This document shows positions 62,050-64,000 of a stretch of DNA of 64,000 bases, piece by piece (position 1 is the first letter of the stretch; every line of letters starts with the position of its first letter). Location: the NCBI GenBank assembly GCA_976226885.1, contig OZ320317.1:78864001-78928000 (forward strand). The letters are read 5' to 3'. The position numbers and the translations under genes were made by a program. This DNA comes from Iphione sp. A-MEVVRFRX5. Taxonomy: Eukaryota. The notes beneath the pieces are model-generated. The model was not told the DNA's origin and ran no database searches. It worked only from the letters and a program-made list of their open reading frames with translations.

Positions 62050-63150
62050 GCACGGTCTTGCCAACGTGCCACCTTGGCATGGCAATGTCATGTGTCAACG
62101 CACAGCCTCCCAGCCACGCTTCCACCTTCGCCCCCCCCGCCCTCCCTTCCATTGCGGCATCACTGGCGTACCCATAAGCTAAGGAGAAACCTTTGAAGGG
62201 CCTATCTCTTCCCTTATTAATGCGCAAATACGGTCCGGTTCGCCGCTAACCTGGCGCGGATGGCCGGCGTGATTGCACCTATCGCCGGGGTAACTGGGAT
62301 CCCCTACCATCCGCCTTTCACCGTGCACTACTCCAGAGGAGGTAAGTGCAAGAGCGAGCCAAGCTCAAAAAGGGAAAGTTGGAGATAGCATAAGAGTATA
62401 ACAGGCAGATGATGTCCGAAATGTAGAGGAAAGAGGAGGGTTATGAGGATGAGGTGAAAATTTTACGAGAGGGTAGTGAAATACCCATAAAACTGCGATC
62501 CTTGGAAGCGACTTACAGCGACAGCAACTCAGAGAGGGTCACTTCGAAGGCTAAAAATGGCAGATAGAATGTTAAAAGAGAACAAATGTGTTCAGAAGAA
62601 GAAAAGACGAAAGCAAAGAGGAGTACAGGAGGTGAGGAGCAGTGGTAGACAACGACAACTTCTTTCTGCTCCTGCTTACGCTCGTGTCTTCACATATGGC
62701 CGTAATAGCTATCGCCTGATCCCGTTCGTCCTCCTGACACTCTGACAGCTAATTCCATTGGGGCACCTCCGCCTTGCGGTCACTGCTCGTGATCCACCAA
62801 CCATTAAACTACTACCACTGACCACTGTTACCGCGGCCGCCGTGAGGGAACGTGACGGAAGGGTACGGCCAGGCTCCTTGCAGCCTGCAATAAGCTCACC
62901 GCTGGTATGCGAGCCATGCCGACTGAGGACAGTTGACCTTGATGTCAAGTGAGCCAGGAAGGATGCAGCTAGCCAGCGAGTCGGTGGGGCGAGTGGCCAC
63001 TTAGCGACCGCGAGCGCCTCGCAGTATAGCCGCAATGTTGGCCCGGCAGCAATATGGCCGTTAGTCAAGCCTGTCGTCGGCGCCATCTAAAACCTTTCCT
63101 CCCGCGTCGGTATACCAGCACGTCACGTCGCTCTCGGAGGCGGACTGACC
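62050..63150. promoter_or_regulatory. GC/CpG-rich non-coding blocks (candidate enhancers)
   Basis: CpG enrichment at 62050-62350 and 62720-63150, with TGACAGCTAATT and CCATTAA motifs. No credible ORF. Confidence 0.3.
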
Positions 63151-64000
63151 ATACAATATGTAGGCTAAAAGTGCACATCTATATATTTCCACAGCCTACT
63201 CTCTTACCTTGTATATCTAAGTTGAAACCTAGCCCGACTGCCTATTAGCCTGGAAATATATGTCTAGATTGTATTTCTGAACAGCAGCTGGCTTGATGAT
63301 AGATAAGGACTTGACAGAAGAAAATGATTGATGCGATGAACTAGATGCGAAACTGTGTAGAGTGTGAGAAGTTCCTGTGAAATTTCTTTCCTCCGCGGTT
63401 CCCCCGGATTGCAAGGCGTTCATTCATTAATCCTATATTGCAAGCCCACATGATATTCGATTTACTTATTATATAAGCTACAAATTTACAAGTTTATTTA
63501 GGAATTGGTTCTGATAGCAACTGATTCGGTTGTACTGTTTCTAATACTAAGATTTTAAATATTGTATTGTGATAGTTTTTGGCTGGCATTTTTACGCTGG
63601 CCAATATGCCTTGCTAATATGGTCGACTCACACCATATAGGAACACACTTCGTATCTTTCTCACTGGAGATGATATCTCTAGGTTGGCCAAGATGGTACA
63701 TGTTTACATGGTCGACCAACATCGCACCTAGAAAATACCTGTATTGCTCAATAAACAGCTTTTGACTTAACCAAAAACCCTCTCATAAACATTGCACATG
63801 GATTTTAAAAATCGGAGAAAGTCCACTCTGATTTCTATTCTGAAATTATACTTTGTCGGGACCTTCGTAAAGTAAATGTTGGAGATTCTTAACAATTAAG
63901 TAAGAAACACTCTGATTTCTCTTTCCGAAATATCTGATGTCGCGATTGTCATTAGTAGCAGCAAGCAAAGAGATTCTTTGTGGCAGAATTACTAAATTGG

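Overview
Animal genomic DNA: an AT-rich background with several GC/CpG-rich blocks, microsatellites and one 626-N assembly gap (25756-26381). The repeat types resemble a marine invertebrate such as amphioxus, but this is an impression and not a taxonomic call. I found no intact host protein-coding gene, tRNA, rRNA or CRISPR array. The only long intact ORF is the reverse transcriptase of a 5'-truncated CR1/L2-type LINE (minus strand, about 56084-58998). A 369-bp CCC...GGG insertion with a CTAG target duplication splits that ORF, and removing it restores the frame. Also present are a decayed Penelope-like retroelement (about 5760-7400, minus), a tRNA-derived SINE, a complete TA-flanked Tc1/mariner-pogo-like MITE, two palindromic hairpin MITEs and a 31-bp minisatellite found at two sites. 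The most interesting non-TE signal is a degenerate homeobox-like remnant at 21804-22060. Several other stop-containing, splice-site-flanked 'ghost exons' resemble unrelated domain families. Overall the window reads as a regulatory gene desert or giant intron carrying TE fossils and gene-fragment relics. All alignments and translations were done by eye; no database searches were run.
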